A stretch of DNA of 64,000 bases, taken from positions 4,278,001 through 4,342,000 of the forward strand of contig CM082590.2 in NCBI GenBank assembly GCA_040954595.2, given 5' to 3'. A program made the position numbers and the translations under genes. Below, piece by piece: positions 1 through 15,002 of this stretch (positions are counted from its first letter, which is position 1; each line of letters begins with the position of its first letter). Under the pieces are notes generated by a model. It saw nothing but the letters and a program-made list of their open reading frames with translations. It searched no databases and had not been told where the DNA came from. Source of the stretch: Balanoglossus misakiensis. Its lineage: Eukaryota; Animalia; Hemichordata.

Positions 1-3000
1 TGGAAATGTAGATCAAGGGTCATTGCCAAAATTATCAAAATATTTGGGTTATGTCCTGCCAGAGTAGTACTCATGTGAACAAAATCATGACTGTTGTGCT
101 TTTTAACAAGAGACATATCAATGTACAATTAAGTTCTGAAAGATCTTGATCAAAGGGAAAATGAAAGTTGCAAAAAATTGTATAATTAAGTGTTAAAAAA
201 AAGGATCAATGGACATGTGAAAGTTGACAAATTTTTTTAACATTCTTGTCTTATGTTGACTCTATCCATAAAAAGGCTTGGTGTGCTATCATTCAGTAGC
301 CTACAAATAGGAAATTTTAGTTTTTAATCGGAGTTCAGAAAATCCAATTAGGCTTCAATAAGGTTTAACCAATCACAATTTACGCGAAAGCTTGATTAAA
401 AAAAGATTTTGGAAATTTTTCATGGTATTTTTCAAAAATCCATAATAAATCCAAATTCACATGAACACTAACAATATTATTTTAAAAAATTGGAACGTAC
501 AGTAAATTAGAACTTGATTGGCCTTGTAATTTTTGAAAAAAAATGTCAACTTTTAAAGGTTATCAGAAAATCCAATATGGCCACCATGAAGAAGACAATT
601 AAAAGAACATGCAGCATCACAGGGGCCAAAGCAGTTAGCATGGTTCCAACAGAAAGCAAACTCTGTATCTATTGTGGATTCATAGAATGGTAGGTAAGCC
701 AGAGGTCACGCAAATTTGTGCCAACAAATTTTGATATCAAACTGATAAGTGTCCAACAAGAACCAAACTTCTAAGCTCAATTGGTTAACTTTAAATAGGA
801 TAAGTACATAATGATTGTGTTAAAGATTAATACTTCATTAGGTGTTCCAGTCCTCTATATTTGAAAGCCATATCTGCTGTGCATGTCAAATTATGGGAAA
901 GTAGATCATGGCCAAAATTATCAAAATATTTGGGTTATGTCCAGGCAGCAATAGTACTCATGTGTACAAAATCATGACTGTTGTGCTTTTTAACAAGAGA
1001 CATATGCAAGTAGATCAAGGGTCATGGCCAAAATTATCAAAATATTTGGGTTATGTCCTGGCAGCAATAAAACTCATGTGAACAAAATCATGACTGTTGT
1101 GCTTTTTAACAAGAGACATATCCAAGTAGATCAAGGGTCATGGCCAAAATTATCAAAATATTTGGGTTATGTCCTGGCAGCAATAAAACTCATGTGAACA
1201 AAATCATGACTGTTGTGCTTTTTAACAAGAGACATATCCAAGTAGATCAAGGTTCATTGCCAAAATTATCAAAATATTTGGGTTATGTCCTGGCAGCAAT
1301 AAAACTCATGTGAACAAAATCATGACTGTTGTGCTTTTTAACAAGAGACATATCCAAGTAGATCAAGGGTCATTGCCAAAATTATCAAAATATTTGGGTT
1401 ATGTCCTGGCAGCAGTAGTACTCTTTGAACAAAATCATGACTGTTTAGCTTTTTATCAAGAGCCATATCCACATAAAATTTAGTTATGGAATTACTGGGT
1501 CAAAGGACATGCGAGAGTTGCCAACAAATTGTTTAATCAAGTTTTGAAAAAACTGGATCAAAGGACATGTGAAAGTTGCCAAAAAATGTAACGTATTCTA
1601 GTCATATGGCGACTCGTATCCATAAAATTAATTTGTGTGCTTTCAATGAGTAGGCTAGAAATAGAAAATCTTAGTTTTTAATCAGTGTTTAGAAAAATCC
1701 AATTTGGCTCCAATAAGGTGACACCAATCACAATTCACTTGAAAACTTGATTAGAAAAAGATGTTCTGTAATTTTTTAATGAGATTTTTAAACAATCCAA
1801 TTAGGCACCCAAAGTCACTTGACCACTAATGATATTTTTGTCAAACTTTCAACCCTACAGTAAACTAGAATTTGATTGGCCCTGTAGTTTATGAAAATGT
1901 CAACTTTTAAAGGTTATTAGAAATTCCAATATGGCCACCATGAAGAAGACAATTAGAGCTACAAGCAGCATTGGAGTGGCCAAAGCGGTTAGCATGGTTC
2001 CAACAGAAAGCAAAGGCTGCATCTGTTGTGGATGCCTAGAAATGGTAAAGTATGCCAGAGGTGATGCAAAATGTGCCAACAAAATTTGATACCAAACTGA
2101 TCAGTGTCCAACAAAAAGCAGACTTCTACGCTTTATTGGTTAACTTTAAATAGCTTATATACATAATTATTGTGTTAAAGTTAATACATGTACTTTATTA
2201 GGTGTTCCAGTCCTCTAAATTTACAAGTGACCTATTGGTCAAATGAGCTCTGCTGACCTTAACAGTGTAACCTGGGCGATGATATGAATACCCTAGGTTT
2301 TAATTCATAACAATTGTATTCTATTGAACAAAACCAAACATAGACATCACAAGTATTTATCCAAATTCAGCTTGATTCATTGCACTAAAGAAAGAAAGAA
2401 TTGAATTCTAAAGAACAACATCAAAAGGAAGCACCAAGGTTCTAATTTGCATATTCATGAACCCATCAAAATTCCAATTAACAAAATCAGGTAGGGGCAC
2501 CATACCACACATTCCTACCAATTTTCAGCTCCATCGTACATGTAGTTAGGGAGAAGAAGATTTTTTTACCAAAAATTTTATTTTTAGATCTAATTTGCAT
2601 ATTCATGACCCGATCAAATCCAAATTAACAAAATTAGGTAGGGACACCATAACACACATTCCTACCAAATTTCAGCTCCATCGTACATGTAGTTAGGGAG
2701 AAGATTTTTTTACCAAAAATTTTATTTTTAGATCTAATTTGCATATTCATGACCCGATCAAATCCAAATTAACAAAATCAGGTAAGGGCACCATAACACA
2801 CATTCCAACCAAATTTCAGCTAAATATGCCAAGTAGTTTTATAGAAGAAGATTGAAATACCAAAAGTTGACGGACGACGGATGACGGACGACAGACGACG
2901 GACAGACATTTATCAACCTACTGCTACAGCTCGGCTGACACAAGTGACAGCAGAGCTAATAAAAGCTGTATCTGCTGTGCATGCCAAGTTTTGGAAATGT

Positions 3001-6000
3001 AGATCAAGGGTCATTGCCAAAATTATCAAAATATATGGGTTGTGTCCTGGCAGCAATAAAACTCATGTAAACAAAATCATGACTGTTGTGCTTTTTAACA
3101 AGAGACATATCCAAGTAGATCAAGGGTCATTGCCAAAATTATCAAAATATTTGGGTTATGTCCTGGCAGCAATAAAACTCATGTGAACAAAATCATGACT
3201 GTTGTGCTTTTTAACAAGAGACATATCCAAGTAGATCAAGGGTCATTGCCAAAATTATCAAAATATTTGGGTTATGTCCAGGCAGCAATAGTACTCATGT
3301 GAACAAAATCATGACTGTTGTGCTTTTTAACAAGAGACATATCCAAGTAGATCAAGGGTCATTGCCAAAATTATCAAAATATTTGGGTTATGTCCAGGCA
3401 GCAATAGTACTCATGTGAACAAAATCATGACTGTTGTGCTTTTTAACAAGAGGCATATCCAAGTAGATCAAGGGTCATTGCCAAAATTATCCAAATATTT
3501 GGGTTATGTCCTGGCAGCAGTAGTACTCATATGAACAAAATCACGACTGTTGTGCTTTTTAACAAGAGGCATATCCAAGTAGATCAAGGGTCATTGCCAA
3601 AATTATCAAAATATTTGGGTTATGTCCTGGCAGCAGTAGTACTCATATGAACAAAATCATGACTGTTGTGCTTTTTAACAAGAGACATATCCAAGTAGAT
3701 CAAGGGTCATTGCCAAAATTATCAAAATATTTGGGTTATGTCCTGGCAGCAGTAGTACTCATGTAAACAAAATCACGACTGTTGTGCTTTTTAACAAGAG
3801 GCATATCAACGTAGAATTAAGTTCTGAAAGATCTGGATCAAAAGACGAATGAAAGTTGCAAAAAAATTGTATAATTAAGTGTTGAAAAAATGGATGAAAG
3901 GACATATGAAAGTTGATAAAAATTGTTTAACATATTTAGGTCTTATGGTGACTCGTATCCATAAAAAGGATTGGTGTGCTATCATTCAGTAGCCTTGAAA
4001 TAGGAAATTTTAGTTTTTAATCGGAGTTCAGACAATCCAATTTGGCTTCAATAAGGTTTAACCAATCACAATTCACTTGAAAGCTTGATTAAAAAAGATT
4101 TTGGAAATCTTCATGAGTTTTTGAAAAAATCCATAATAAATCCAAATTCACATGACCACTATTAATATAATTGAAAAAAAATTGGAACGGCCAGTAAATT
4201 AGAACTTGATTGGCCCTGCAGTTTAGAAAAAAATGTCAACTTTTAGAGATTATCAGAAAATCCAATATGGCCCCCATGAAGAAGACCCAACTATAAGCAG
4301 CATTGGAGTGACCAAAGTGGTTAGCATGGTTCCAACAGAAAGCAAAGGCTGTATCTGTTATGGATGCTGAGAAATGGTAAGTAAGCCAGAGGTCACACAA
4401 ATTTGTGCCAACAAATTTTGACATCAAACTGATAAGTGTCCAACAAGAACCAAACTTCAAAGCTCAATTGGTTAACTTTAAATAGGATAAGTACATAACG
4501 ATTGTGTTAAAGATTAATACTTCATTAGGTGTTCCAGTCCTCTAAATTTGAAAGCCGTATCTGCTGTGCATGGCAAGTTATGGGAAAGTAGATCATGGCC
4601 AAAATTATCAAAATATTTGGGTTATGTCCAGGCAGCAATAGTACTCATGTGTACAAAATCATGACTGTTGTGCTTTTTAACAAGAGACATATCCAAGTAG
4701 ATCAAGGGTCATGGCCAAAATTATCAAAATATTTGGGTTATGTCCTGGCAGCAATAAAACTCATGTGAACAAAATCATGACTGTTGTGCTTTTTAACAAG
4801 AGACATATCCAAGTAGATCAAGGGTCATGGCCAAAATTATCAAAATATTTGGGTTATGTCCTGGCAGCAATATAACTCATGTGAACAAAATCATGACTGT
4901 TGTGCTTTTTAACAAGAGACCTATCCAAGTAGATCAAGGGTCATTGCCAAAATTATCAAAATATTTTGGTTATGTCCTGGCAGCAATAAAACTCATGTGT
5001 ACACAATAATGACTGTTGTGCTTTTTAACAAGAGACATATGCAAGTAGATCAAGGGTCATTGCCAAAATTATCAAAATATTTGGGTTATGTCCTGGCAGC
5101 AATAAAACTCGTGTGAACACAATCATGACTGTTGTGCTTTTTAACAAGAGACATATCCAAATAGATCAAGGGTCATTGCCAAAATTATCAAAATATTTGG
5201 GTTATGTCCTGGCAGCAATAAAACTCATGTGAACACAATAATGACTGTTGTGCTTTTTAACAAGAGACATATCCAAGTAGATCAAGGGTCATTGCCAAAA
5301 TTATCAAAATATTTGGGTTATGTCCTGGCAGCAATAAAACTCGTGTGAACACAATCATGACTGTTGGGCTTTTTAACAAGAGACATATCCAAATAGATCA
5401 AGGGTCATTGCCAAAATTATCAAAATATTTGGGTTATGTCCTGGCAGCAATAAAACTCATGTGAACACAATCATGACTGTTGTGCTTTTTAACAAGAGGC
5501 ATATCCAAGTAGATCAAGGATCATTGCCAACATTATCAAAATATGTAGGTTATGTCCAGGCAGCAATAAAACTCATGTGAACACAATTATGACTGTTGTG
5601 TTTTTTAACAAGAGACATATCCAAGTAGATCAAGGGTCATTGCCAAAATTATCAAAATATTTTGGTTATGTCCTGGCAGCAATAGTACTCATGTGAACAA
5701 AATCATGACTGTTGTGCTTTCTAACAAGAGACATATCCAAGTAGATCAAGGGTCATTGCCAAAATTATCAAAATATTTGGGTTATGTCCTGGCAGCAATA
5801 AAACTCATGTGAACACAATTATGACTGTTGTGCTTTTTAACAAGACTAGAGACATATCCAAGTAGAACAAGGGTCATTGCCAAAATTATCAAAATATTTG
5901 GGTTATGTCCTGGTAGCAATAAAACTCATGTGAACACAATCATGACTGTTGTGCTTTTTAACAAGAGACATATCCAAGTACAATTCAGTTCTAACAAATC

Positions 6001-6500
6001 TGAATCAAAGGTCATGTGAAATTTGCCAAAAAATGTAACGTATTCTATACATATGGTGACTCGTATCAATAAAATGAATGTGTGCTTTAAATGAGTAGGC
6101 TAGAAATAGGAAATCTTTGTCTTTAATTAGAGTTCAGAAAGTCCAATTTGGCTCCAATAAGGTTTAACTAATCACAATACACTTGAAAACTTGATTAGAA
6201 AAAGATTTTGGAAATGTTAAATGAGATTTTTCAACAATCCATAATGAATCCAAAGTCGCATGACCACTAACAATATTATTGAAAAAAATTGGAAGGGACA
6301 GTAAATTAGAACTTGATTGGCCATGTAGTTTTGAAAAAATGTCAACTTTAAGAGGTTATCAGAAAATCCAATATGGCCAACATGAAGAAGACAATTAAAG
6401 GAACATGCAACATTACAGGGGCCAAAGCAGTTAGCATGGTTCCAACAGAAAGCAAACTCTGTATCTGTTGTGGATGGCTAGAAATGGTAAGCCAGAGGTC
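1..6500. repeat. Composite tandem repeat: 120-bp unit arrays alternating with ~750-bp spacer modules
   Basis: Unit gtagatcaagggtcattgccaaaattatcaaaatatttgggttatgtcctggcagc...aacaagagacatatccaa repeats with 120-bp period at ~1-120, ~901-1470, ~2999-3810 and ~4588-5980. Homologous spacers lie at ~125-870, ~1470-2220, ~3810-4560 and ~5980-6500 (last one truncated). Confidence 0.95.
2223..2960 (-). mobile_element. Non-autonomous Helentron-associated (HINE/DINE-like) element
   Basis: Absent from sister copies (empty site tctaaatttgaaagccgtatctg at ~4541). Short subterminal inverted repeats agctctgctg (2246-2255) and cagcagagct (2948-2957), terminal hairpin tgacc-tatt-ggtca (2228-2241), internal tandem repeats ~2440-2820, GACG-type microsatellite ~2868-2908, no evident TSD. 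Confidence 0.75.
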
Positions 6501-6726
6501 ACTATGTCTATGTATAATTAACTTCTTAAAACATAGCGTATAGGAAACTGTTGTGCCATTTGGGGATTACACAGATTTTAGGTATTCACCAGAATTAAAT
6601 CGCGGGCGACATTGGCAAGCATATATGGCAAAAATATTCAAATACTATGGAAACATAAAAAAATTCACCATGCTCAATCAAGTGTTATGTGTCACTGCAA
6701 TCTTACAAGCAGCACTAAAAAAAACA

Positions 6727-6998
6727 GATTTTTGTCCAAAAACTGTCTGTAAAATACATGCGAGTATGACAAGCTAATTAGTCCAATCAGACAGAGGCAT
6801 TTACTGACCTACCACCAGTTTATAATAAAATAACCGGTGGTCTCTGTAACAGCTGGACCACAACTGATTTTTGTCCAAAAACTGTCTGTAAAATATATGC
6901 GAGTATGACAAGCTAATTAGTCCAATCAGACAGAGGCATTCACTGACCTACCACCAGTTTATAATAAAATAGCCGGTGGTCTCTGTAACAGCTGGACC
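6727..6998. repeat. Recent ~140-bp tandem duplication
   Basis: gatttttgtccaaaaactgtctg...aacagctggacc occurs at ~6727-6859 and ~6867-6998 with few mismatches. Confidence 0.9.
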
Positions 6999-8734
6999 GG
7001 TAAAATTATATAAGGCTGTTTATTTTACTGATAAAAAATGTTTATAGGTCTTTGTAGGTTATAATAAAGAAAATTATCAAAATCGGTTCACCAGTTTTCA
7101 AGGTACAAAAGCATCAAAAAATACTGATATTCTCAAGTATCTTCAACATTTTTCAAAAAATTATGCACGATTCACAGAAGAATACTTCTTTCAGTTTTAC
7201 AGGAGATCATCTAAACTTGTAAAGAAAATCTCTCTATTTTTTGCATGGCACCATGGGAAATATGAAATTTTGCAATGTTTGATGTTCCGTGTCTCAATCA
7301 TAGTTGATCTAATTGTAACGAAATTTTCAGAATATATTACAATATATGTGCAGATACAGATAGTGACTTCAGTTTTTGATATCTGGATTACAATTTAAAT
7401 TCCCAGGCGCTCAAAAAAGGAAAAACCTAGCATTTTACCATTGCAAATGGGCGGCCATATTGGATTGATATTTCATTAGATGGCAATATCTGTTTATACA
7501 CTGCAATTTGCTGAAAATCAGTTCAATCACTGTAGTGAGTGGAAATATTTAAATTCTTGTGTATTTTGAGCAATAATACTACTACCAAAAATATTTTATA
7601 CAGTTACTTCTGGACAGCAAAAATTGCCATCATTCAAGTCAAACTCTCAGATCGGCCCTTTTGCTTGCCTGTGTTGGGCAGATATCAAAAGTGGAGAAAG
7701 TTGGATAGTGTAATGTCTACATGTATTTGTACTATCCTTGTAGTCTATTAACATTTACACGATTTTCATATTAATTTTGGTATGATATGCATGGAAAGAC
7801 TGGCTGGCTATAAATCATAAAACTGAACGTCCTTGCACCATACAGTTTTTACTGCATACACATGTAGTTTAAGCAAACTGTGTATTTCATGTATTCCACT
7901 TTTCTGCCTTCCTTGCTGGCTTTCTCCATTTATTTTCTTACTGTTTCTTTGTAACATTACTGATTTTTTTTTCTGGTAATTCAATTTCTGGCTGAAATAA
8001 ATGTACTAGAGCTGGTAAGGTTTCCTGAACATTAATCCCTGTATCTTGAAGGCAGGTGTGCAAGTTCATATAAAGTTCATTGGTTAAAGGAATATTATGA
8101 GCTGATAAATCTTCTAAGCTCTTCTTTCTGGCTAGAAGGTCTGCTATATTATCGAATACTCTTTATGCTACTTCCATAATGTTGCCTGTGCAAATTAACA
8201 ATCAAAATACCCACTTGCTAGACAATTGTAAGACAAACATTTTTGTTGGGTAATTACAGAATAATTATTTTAATTCCATGCATACTCTACCTAAACACAA
8301 ATTAGAATATATAACTGAAATTATAATTATACACAGGTCTATGAAATGCAAAGAAAATGTATTTCTAGGAAAGAACACCCATGGGCATTCAGCTCTAAGC
8401 AGATAACATCAGTCACTTTGAAGACATGTCACTTCCCAGACTTGACTAAACAAACTTCCAACCCTGAAGTGAAACGCATCTCCGAGTTGCATACACAATA
8501 TGATCATATAATGTTAGATATTTATCATGGTTTAAGTGAAAACAAATTAGGAGATGTAAACACCCCTGCCATTTATTCAGTGCCATATAATGCTGCCATT
8601 ATGCACATATTGACTCTAGCCACTTTCCCAGTGGGAGGAAAAAGACTTTAATGGACACCAAGCGGGAAGAAACGAAAGTTACTAAGTTTTTGGCATTTCA
8701 TTTTTATTTGTGAGATCGAGAAATTAAAATATGA

Positions 8735-11700
8735 CAAGTTTAGAAAATAATCAGATTACACAGTATGTCCCAGTTCGTATGGCGGCCATATTGGATTCTG
8801 AACTCTCTAGTGATATAAACATATAGTGTACTTGGCGAGTCTCAGTATAGGGAAATCAACACAATCAGACAAAACTTGGGTTACCCATTGCAATAATACT
8901 ATCAAATTTCAAAGCAATCCCATATGCAGTTTCAGAAAAATCAGTATTTTCACCAAAATTGTACAATATCTTACGTCAATCGCTTCAGGGAACATGCCTA
9001 CCAAAGCTCAAGGCAATCTGACAATCAGTTTGAAAGAAAATAATTTTTAATGAAAAATTCCAAAACTATCACACACAAAACGCAAATATGCATATTTCAA
9101 GTATTTTTCTAAAACATCTCACTTAATTATTCCCAAGGAACAACCCTGCAAAATTTGAAAGCAATCTGACAAGCAGTTTTAGATAAAACAATTTTTGACC
9201 AAAAAAGACAAAAAATTCTACAAAATTATAAATATGCACATTTTTCATCAACCAGGTTTTCATCAAATGGGACCATATATCCAAATGTATGCTTCAAAGC
9301 AACACGACTGTCGACTCTCAGAGAAAAAAATGCTTGTCACCCTGGTCAAAAATTTGGTTTTACTAAAACATCAAATCGGTTATCTCTCAAAGCTAAAAGG
9401 GTTATCACCAAACAGATTACAATTTTCTTTACTTGGGGTGGTTTTGGTTTTATCGGTTTGCCCAATAAAAATTAGGATAATTGTTTAAGTATGCCAACAG
9501 TGAGGTGGAAATCACACCAGAAAAGCGAAAATACGCCAACAACATGTAAACAGTAAAATGTTACGAAAAAACAAACAGAAAAGCGAAAATACACCAACCA
9601 CGTTTAAACCGTAAAATTAAAAAAAAATGCAAACACTGGCTCTACGTGCGCTTAGGCAAGAGGCCTAGCAATAAAATTCTCACAGAGTATAACCCTATAA
9701 ATATGTCTAGACTTTCTCGATTATGACCTCAGGGTCAGCAGCGAAGCCATACACAGAATGGCCGAGAGGCATGGCTAGCTGCACGCCCGTAGCTCGGATT
9801 TTTTTCTGGAATAAGACCTACTTCTGTTCAACTACAAGGTGTTGAACGGATAAGCTGCAAATCACCTAATACCAGACTAAACAATCGAGCGACGGTAACG
9901 TAGCTACATAGGCTATGGTACTAAAAGCAATGACTGGATTATGAGCCTACCGAAAAGACGTCTTGATCCCGCGGCAGTAAGAAGGAAAGTGGTCGAAACC
10001 CGGCGTCGCACACCGGAAACGGGTCAATGATCACCTGTTGTTATGGAGAGTGGGACTTGTTACCCAATCACAGACCATAGTTAGCATTACGACACACTAA
10101 TGAATATGCATACATGCTATAGCTGCATATTTTATTATTTTAGAACGCACTGGAACATGCCATTCTCGCAAGCCAGAGCCGTAAACAGGTCGCATTCGAA
10201 GGAATATTCCATTTGTATATGCAAATAGCAAACCTATGTTCTCGAGTGTGAGTGCACCATTGTCTCAGGGGGGTGGCTCACGTCCCAAAGAACAGGGGGT
10301 AATTTTCTACCACAGCCGCGCATTTCAAACCGAGCAAGCAAACTGCTAACTTCCGTTGTCTGGGCAACATTTTGATGTGCGTTAAGTTTTGCACCTATTC
10401 GACTTTGAGGAAACAGACCTATAATACTTCCTAATGTGGTTCTCTTTCTGGGTCATTTTGTTGGTCCAACCACGATCCACGAGATCGTAAACTGCTTGGA
10501 TTAGGGCGCTTTAGGAAGCTGCAGCTGCGGCCGCAGGTCAAGTCGGTGTGTGTTGTATTTAACAAACATGGTGAATGTGTTCGGCACAGCAACATGCTCG
10601 CTCTACCCACAGCCACAGTACCGTACTGTCGATCGTTTCCATGTCTGTTTCACGCTCGCTCTTTATAATGCCCTTATCACGCCTCCCGTATTGTGTTCAT
10701 GATATGACAGTCCCACTAATCTGACAACACGCTCGCTTTTATTATGTCAATTTGTCCCGTTCGCTAGCACTGCGTTCAGGCCTGCATTCACCATTAACAG
10801 ACTATCCCATTCGCCAACTTTACTGAACTACAAAGTGAAGAACCAGTTTGCGTCTTGGCCGAAACAACCGGGGTCATGGAAATTAAAGGCCGAACCGAGA
10901 AGATTAAGTGCCATTCCCGAAGTAACGACCAACCAATGTTTACAGAGAAATCAGATGACATCAAATAGCGGAGTTCTTATCCTGTCGGGATGCGTTTACC
11001 TCGGAATCGGCGAAGTTTTTTTGTCGTCGAGTTTGATTTCATGGACGATGCAGTCTAGTTATTTGATGATCCATAATTGATATTTTTTTTTGGGGGGGGG
11101 GGTCCTGGTGTCGATTATTCGAGGCAGGAGAAGAAATGTGCCGACAGCGCAAATTGCCGTTTTTCTCGCTCTGTTTAGTCGATTTTGACAACTTCAAAAG
11201 TATTAAACTTCACTCTGCGTTGGTCGAGAGGTCTTAAATTTTACCCATCCAACAAAACAAACGTTTGTAGTCAATAAAGTGTTCTTGGCGGGAATTAAAA
11301 TTGATTCAATGCAATTCAAGTTTGAATTTGATCAAATTTTCTAAATATAGATAAATCGACAGGCCAACACTGTCCATGCACCAAAAAGAACAGCTGGTCG
11401 CGGAGATGAATTTTGTTTTTGTATATAACAAAATACCCTACAAAATATAAAAGTTCCGAATTACCTATAATTTGATTCCATTATAATTCCAATACTATTA
11501 ACTCAATTTTAGAGTAATACACTGGGAACTATTATTTTTCAAAATTGGAAAATATGCCCCCAAAATACAAGATATTGCCAACAAAAAGCATTGACACTTT
11601 CATCATTGGTTTTGTAAATTATCATGACAACGCACCCAGGAACCTTTAAATCAAATTTGAAAGCAATGGAGTAGAGGGTTCTGAGAAAGAGTTTTGACCA

Positions 11701-13050
11701 AAAATGGCAAAAATCACCCCAAAAATATAATATTAAATTCTTCTAGTTGATTTGACAAACATACATGCAAATTTCCAAAGCAATCTATGAGCTGTTTTAC
11801 ATTTAAAAAATGATCAAAAAGGTAAAAATTGCTCGCAAATTTTGCAGCAATTTAAACAAAACTTTAGTAACTCAGATCACCTATATGAAGCTCCATACTA
11901 AATTTCAAAGAGGTGGGCTGATTAATTCCAGAAAGGTAGTTTTTTTACAAAAATGTAGAAAAAGACAAACAAATGCGAAAAATAGAAAATTCAAAGTATT
12001 ACCTCAAAACATACAGAATCATTATGACCAGGGGTTGCTGAGTTTCTGAGTTTTGACCAAATTAAGGTTTTTCCCAGAAAATTTGCATATTTTTGGCAAT
12101 GTCAACTTCGTTTGAACAAACTCCCATCTACAACCCGGTATGCATCTACACACCAAATATCGAGGTTGTACGCGTAGCAGTCTTCAAGTTTTTGATGTGG
12201 ATGGACATACTCCCATACATCCATACAGATGCAACGTACCAATCTCATAAGGTCCCACTGGAATATACCAATACAAATGTGACATAAACACTTGACTTGC
12301 GGGCGCTGTTACTCCTCAATGAAAGCAGATAACGCGACACAAACTGGTCATTTTTTTCAAACTTGTGCTATAAGTAATATGTGTGACCAACTCTATGACT
12401 TAATTTTTTGTTAATGACCTAATACCAAACAAATAGATATGATCTAATTTAAAAAAACTGTCCCAAAACTGCCAAACACAAAAATGCAAACATCACCAAA
12501 ATTATACAATATCTTACTTCGATGAGAACATGCTTACCAAAGTTCAAAGCAATCTGACAAGTGGTTTCAACGAGAAAATCACAAGTTACCTCAAGAACAC
12601 AAATAAGCAAATTTCAACAAAATTTTCAAACAACTTACAATTGCTTAACCCTGAGAACATGCCTACCAATTCCCAAAGCAATCTGACAAGCACGAGGTTT
12701 CAGAGAAAACGATTTTTGACCAAAAATTGCAAAATTTGGCTCATAATTACAAATGTGCAAACTTTGCAACAATTACACCTATAGGAAGATTTATACTAAA
12801 TGTTAAAGAAATCAGCCAATTACTTTCATAGAAAATATTTTACCATTGTGTTAAAAGACAAAACATTCATAAAAAGTAGACAATTCACGATGTTAGCTTA
12901 GAACTTATATAGCTCTATGATCTTGGCATAAGAAACATGCATACCACTTTTCAAAGCAATCTGACCAGTAGTTCCCAGCTAACAACTGAGAACAGATTAG
13001 CCAAAATCATCACCAGCGCCTAACACTACATTTGATTTTAATCAGATGAA
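8735..13050. repeat. Cluster of old AT-rich interspersed elements (~8.7-9.7, ~11.4-12.3, ~12.4-13.05 kb) with degenerate internal repeats
   Basis: Recurrent motifs (caaagcaatctgacaag, tttttgaccaaaaa, atgcctacca) are shared among these blocks and, inverted, with ~26.3-27.0 kb. Boundaries are approximate. Confidence 0.5.
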
Positions 13051-15002
13051 AAAGGGAAGTAAGCAGACCATTTGTTGGAGCGGCTGATCCTCACCTGAAA
13101 TCAAAGAGACAGACAAAAGCACTCATTTTATCAGAATATTTATTTTATGTATGCAAAAATCCTAACATGATATCTCTGTCTACTTGTTTATCCTGATAGG
13201 AAAATTGTTAGAATAAAAATATCAAAGATATTTCTTCCTAACGCTGCATACACTATGTACATATTCTAGCAGTCTTGAAAGTACACTGAAATGTTTGTCA
13301 AAAGCTCTTCTTAAAAACTGCATAACATACCAAACTTTCAGTACAATATAAGCAATATCCGGAAAAAAATTAAACCAACTTAGGATCTTATGCAAAATGA
13401 AAGAAATTGAGGAATCGTGTCCCCCCTTCCCTTCAGCACTATACATGATTCTACAGCCTCAAGGTGTCATTCTTCACACAAACATAAAATGAATGGCTGA
13501 AATTCTAGAAATGTAGAAACAATGACATGTGAATATTGTTATTAAAAATGTGATTTTAATCGTTTGGCAACTATGGTCACTTCCTAATAATTGACTATAT
13601 TTCTTAACATGCATCTAATAGTTTGATTCTACCATGCTTGTCACGGATTTTGCCGATCACCAAACACAAAACACAACAAAATGGTTTAACAGTTTCACAA
13701 GCCATATGCCTAAAACAGGGACATCATCAGTTCATATGTATGGCCAGTCTGGCTACAGAGGTGAACTGACTATGTATATGCATGGGATTCTTTTATATCC
13801 CTTTGGTCACGTGACCAGTTTATATATTTTCTGCTATTTCCCCAAGGGATTCATAGTCGATTCTATTTTCTTATCACCTGACGGATTCTGGCGAATCATG
13901 ACACAGTGTTAGCATGAGGTATGTTATAAATACAGATATTACATACATACCGGTATTCAAATGAACTAATGGTTCGGTCCAAATCTATTGTTTCTGTTGG
14001 AAAAGTTGGATGTCTACACAGGGAACTGGGGGTGAATGGTGAGAGTGCTAAGAAAAAAGGCTGATGGTAATTTTCCATTTTTATCTAACCTGTATACATG
14101 TGTGTGCTTAATCTTTCCCAATAATGCTGACACACAACAAGTTAATTGTTTTACAAAACTCTCCTTGAGAGTCAAATGAAGGCACCTGATATAAGCCCAA
14201 AGACTTCATTCTTTTCCACACACCACTTTTCTCTTTTCAAAGAGCTCCATTTCAAATTGTGTACACAAACAATGTCATTGTCACTGCCCAAGCCCAAACT
14301 TTCAAATTACAATGTGACATTTCAAAACACTGTTAGACTTCCCAATGAAACATTAACTCTGGATCGGTATCCATTCAAATTAGTGACAGCCCCGGGGTTA
14401 GATTGTTGTTAATTTTGTTATAATGGTGATATTTAATTGTTTGGCTTTAACAAAAATTATGACATGGACGTATAAACGTGTTATGTCCACACATATGCTG
14501 TGAGTTCAGCTTCAATCCAATTTCATAACAAATTATTCAACAACAAAAATAGAAAATGAACATCAAGAGCTAGTGACTTCGTGGCTTTCACATGATAAAT
14601 ATACATTGCCCCATGCTAGAGTGTAATATTAACATGTCTCATACAACCTACAATTCTCTGTATATAACCAAACACATTCATTATAGCTGCATTAGTTGGG
14701 TCACATAATCTGGAACCAGATAGGCTGACCTGAGCAATCCATGTTTTTGCAAGTGTTGTATTGTCACTGTTATAGAGTGACTTCTTTGGTGTAATGCTCC
14801 AATGAACATGTGAGTTTCAATTGGATAGATAAATGACCAATAACACAAAGTCTGTGATTGGGTAATACAAATGATTGGTATACAACTGGAAGTTCTGACA
14901 CTGAAAGAGCTGTCTATTGCTCTCTTCCCTGAGGGAGCGATAGAGAGTAACTTTAGAGATACATTCTCCAATGATCAGGAGTTAATAAGGTATTAGTCTA
15001 GT

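Noticed and set aside
1900-6019. ORFs within the 120-bp arrays and spacers
   Set aside because: Not conserved as open frames between repeat copies.
7860-8186. Possible further minus-strand exon (NIMEVA*RVFDNIADLLARKKSLEDL...)
   Set aside because: An acceptor-like site is present, but stops occur in all frames and no family is recognisable.
13045-13094. Possible small exon after the acceptor tctgtctctttgatttcag
   Set aside because: No strong donor and too short to support.
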